Origin: an uncultured Pseudomonadota bacterium
GTDB lineage: Bacteria; Oederibacteriota; Muellerivitia; Muellerivitales; Muellerivitaceae
NCBI GenBank assembly: GCA_963843375.1
Contig: CAWJKT010000013.1
Coordinates: 32,610 to 96,609 of the forward strand
Length of the DNA: 64,000 bases
Reading direction: 5' to 3'
Part shown: in pieces, positions 61,203-64,000 of the stretch
Position numbering within the stretch: the stretch's first letter is position 1
Layout: each line of letters starts with the position of its first letter
The notes under the pieces: generated by a model
What the model was told of the DNA's origin: nothing
Databases searched by the model: none
Seen by the model: the letters and a program-made list of their open reading frames with translations, nothing else
Position numbers and translations under genes: made by a program

Positions 61203-63176
61203 ATGCGCCTGGCGCGATGCTCTCGACTGCTGTCTATTTTCTTCCTGGCCGCCTTGCTGGTTTGGCCGACGCGAGTGGCAGCGGCGAGCCCGCAGCGAAT
61301 GGCTTCGGGAACCGGAGGACCTCCGCCGGTTATCCTCATTTCCGTCGACACCCTGCGCGCCGACCATCTGAGTTGCTACGGTTACTCGCGCCTTGAAACC
61401 CCGCACATCGACTCGCTCGTGCACGGTGGCACGCTTTTCGAAGAGATCAGCAGTCAAGTGCCTATCACCTTGCCCTCGCACGTATCGCTCTTTACCTCCA
61501 CCTACGCCTTTGCGAATGGCGTTCGCGAGAATGCCGAAGTCCTGGTGCCTGGAGCCGCGACGCTCGCGACAGTTCTCGCCGCCCATGGCTACAGCACGGC
61601 GGCTTTCATTGGAGGATTTTCTCTCGATCGCCGCTACGGTTTGGCACAGGGGTTTGGAACCTACGACAGTCCGTTCGACTCGCGCGTTATCAAGGGCGCT
61701 CTCGATCTGAAGCGGCCCGCACCCCAAGTGCTGAATGCCGCGGAAGGTTGGCTTGAGAAGAATTCCGGCCACCCCTTTCTGCTCTTCGTCCATCTATTTG
61801 ATCTTCACCAGCCCTACGACCCACCCGCCGCCTACAGCACCCGCGCCCCGCAGAGCGAGTACGACCAGGAACTGGCTTACGTGGACGACTCGCTGGGGGG
61901 CTTGTTCGATTTCCTCGCGAAGTTGGGATTGGACCGCCGCGCACTTGTCGTGCTCTTTTCCGATCACGGTGAAAGCCTGGGGGAGCACGGCGAAAACACG
62001 CACGGGTATTTCATTTATCGCAGCACGGTGCACGTACCGCTCATCTTCCATTGGCCGCGGGCGGAGGAAAGCGGAAGTTCGAAGCTCGAAACTCGAAACT
62101 CGACACGAGCTTCGAGTTTCCAGTTTCGCGTTTCGGCCCCCGCCGGGCTGATCGATGTTGCTCCGACGATCTTGAGCTTTCTAGGAATTCCAGCTCCCGC
62201 GAGCTTTTGTGGTCACAGCCTTTTGGACCTCGCCAAGGGCGGAGATTCCCCGCCGCGCGACGTTTACAGCGAAAGCTCCTACGCGCACGACAAGTTTGGG
62301 TGGGCTGCGCTGAGCAGCCTGCGGCAGGGAAACTACCAATACATCGACGCTCCGCGCCCCGAGCTTTATGACTTGAAGCGTGATCCCGCTGAACTACACA
62401 ATCTCTTGCCGGCTCAAACGGCCCTGGCCGCATCTTTCCGTGAGCGATTGGCGGCGTTTGTGGCGACTTTTCATTCCGCACCAGGCTTGCGCCGTCAAAA
62501 GTCTGCTCCCGTCGCTAAGGAATCTGCCGAGAGTTTGCGCTCGCTCGGATACCTGGAGGTCACCTCGCCCAAAGCCGCTCTCGACAATTCCGGCGTTGAT
62601 CCGAAGGACCGTATTTTTGAGTACAAACGTTATCTGCTCGCGGAGCATCTTGGCCGCACCGGTAAGGCGGATGAGGCGATCGCGGAATATCGGGCCATCC
62701 TTGCCGACGATCCGCGCAATCTTCCGGCCTCTATCGATCTGGCCCGCTTGGATGCCGAGTTGCATCGCTACATGGACGGCGCGAATCAACTCGAGGCAGC
62801 GCTTGGCCTCGATCCGCACAATATCGAGGCTGCGGAAATGCTCGGTGACATCTGGCTGACCGTTGGCGATTCCGGGCGCGCCGCAGCGGAGTTTCAACAC
62901 CTTCTCACCTTCGCGCCAGATGCCTACGAGGCGCATTTCGGATTGGGGCTCCTCGCCGCCCGCCGGCACGACGCTGCCAAAGCCTCGGAGCACTTTCGCG
63001 CCGCGCTCGCCGCGAACCCGCTTTCCGCCGAGGCGCATTACCAACTGGGCTTGATCCTGGAAGGGCAACATCAGAAGGATGCTGCGGTGCGCGAGTTCAA
63101 AGCGGCACTCCAAAACGATCCCCAGTTCCAAGATGCGCGGCGTGAGCTTTCCCGGCTGACCTCGCCCGTGCAGTGA
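61203..63176 (+). CDS. Sulfatase/alkaline-phosphatase-superfamily hydrolase with C-terminal TPRs
   Basis: DTLRADH, TLPSH, DLHQPY, SDHGE, ELYDL..DP.E, then TPRs. Confidence 0.9.
   Translation: MRLARCSRLLSIFFLAALLVWPTRVAAASPQRMASGTGGPPPVILISVDTLRADHLSCYGYSRLETPHIDSLVHGGTLFEEISSQVPITLPSHVSLFTSTYAFANGVRENAEVLVPGAATLATVLAAHGYSTAAFIGGFSLDRRYGLAQGFGTYDSPFDSRVIKGALDLKRPAPQVLNAAEGWLEKNSGHPFLLFVHLFDLHQPYDPPAAYSTRAPQSEYDQELAYVDDSLGGLFDFLAKLGLDRRALVVLFSDHGESLGEHGENTHGYFIYRSTVHVPLIFHWPRAEESGSSKLETRNSTRASSFQFRVSAPAGLIDVAPTILSFLGIPAPASFCGHSLLDLAKGGDSPPRDVYSESSYAHDKFGWAALSSLRQGNYQYIDAPRPELYDLKRDPAELHNLLPAQTALAASFRERLAAFVATFHSAPGLRRQKSAPVAKESAESLRSLGYLEVTSPKAALDNSGVDPKDRIFEYKRYLLAEHLGRTGKADEAIAEYRAILADDPRNLPASIDLARLDAELHRYMDGANQLEAALGLDPHNIEAAEMLGDIWLTVGDSGRAAAEFQHLLTFAPDAYEAHFGLGLLAARRHDAAKASEHFRAALAANPLSAEAHYQLGLILEGQHQKDAAVREFKAALQNDPQFQDARRELSRLTSPVQ
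62074..62134. repeat. Palindromic heptamer element inside the CDS
   Basis: Four heptamers, GACAC spacer, four inverted heptamers. Confidence 0.8.
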
Positions 63177-63352
63177 TCTTCGCCCCGACGCCAGCACGGA
63201 ACAATCCCCAGCCCGGGATGTCATCCCGACTTTCGGTTACCGCCACTCGGGAACCCCCGGGCGATTAGAGGGCTAGCGGTAGTTTACTGCGAAGGCGCTA
63301 AAAACAGCGGGATGTAGTTGGATTCTCATGGGGTTACCCTGAGAGGGTTGTA

Positions 63353-64000
63353 TTACCCACGTGCGGTCGTAGCGAGTTGTTGCAAGCCCAAGGTTTCGGT
63401 CAGGCCTTTTTGGATAAGGCTCTGGGTGGAGAGCACGGTGGCGGTGCGATAAGGACCGGCGCCTTGGGCGGGATACAACAGGACGAACTGCTGAATTTGT
63501 TCCAACTCTTTCTGCAGCTCTTCGATGGTGATCGAGGGCCAGAAGGCCTGGGCCTGGCGGTGCACGTAGTGCAGCAGGGACAGGCCCAGCAGGCAGTAGA
63601 AGGCGTGCACGCGGATTTTGCTATCGGTCCAGTGATACAGCGGTTGCCAATTCAGCCAGTCGCCTTCCTTGAGGCCGCGAAAAACTCTTTCAATCTGCTG
63701 CTGCCCGGCGTAGGCGGCCACCCCTGCTCGGGCGTCCAATCGAGGCGATTGGTGGCCAGCAGCGTGCGGCCCAGGCGATGCGTCAGCAGTTCCTGCAGGG
63801 CGGCGTGATCGACCTGAAACACCAGGCGCTTGCCGCCCGGCTCCTCGACGATCTGATAATGCACCAAGCCGGAGAGGAAGGGGGCGGCAAGCCAGCGGCT
63901 GATCTTCGCTTGCACGCCGGCTTCGGTGAGTCGATGACCGGGGCGCGCCATCTCCACTGCCAGGCGCTTGAGTGCGGCCAGCACCTTGCTCAATGAGGGC
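63353..64000 (-). mobile_element. IS1634-like (IS4 superfamily) transposase, 3' part with indel
   Basis: LLATN.LDW, Y..QQQIERVFRGLK, P.YHWTDSKIRVHAFYCLL. Possible element end near CTAG at about 63273. Confidence 0.85.

Overview
Positions 1 to about 58,118 come from one moderate-GC diderm bacterium, mostly on the minus strand. The giant Thr-Pro-rich exported proteins with FlgD-Ig/T9SS-like C-termini suggest candidate division FCPU426/Goldbacteria or a relative (inference, unverified). This part holds flgB-flgC-fliE-fliF, a GAF-GAF-GGDEF cyclase, mtnA plus a purine phosphorylase, yggS-proC-yggT-yggU, secDF, three tandem thioredoxins, a GH18 enzyme with a paralogous CIA30/CBM11-like partner, DUF1800/DUF1501, a cold-shock gene, two giant mucin-like surface proteins, rmuC, a TPR-fused PBP, rimO-pgsA-pgpA-cinA-thpR, a GT-C glycosyltransferase, a fabG-fabF-bioF-bioD-bioA biotin cluster, a membrane-anchored double-Mrr pseudo-nuclease, mazG and a phosphatase. 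Many genes, mainly in 1-13.8 kb, carry single-base indels that look like long-read errors. At about 58,120 and 58,461 two abrupt mid-gene junctions join a 340-bp livH/livM fragment and then high-GC, Acidobacteria-like DNA (ftsH 3' end, glpF, folP, sulfatase-like TPR protein, IS1634-like transposase), so the contig is probably chimeric. Best leads: (1) a sigma-54-driven pair of stalked surface proteins, one with an expansin head, sharing a C-terminal sorting domain; (2) a dedicated FabF/FabG pair in the bio operon as a candidate pimelate route; (3) the catalytically degenerate tandem-Mrr membrane protein; (4) palindromic heptamer elements, one lying inside a coding sequence. No CRISPR array, tRNA or rRNA was recognised.
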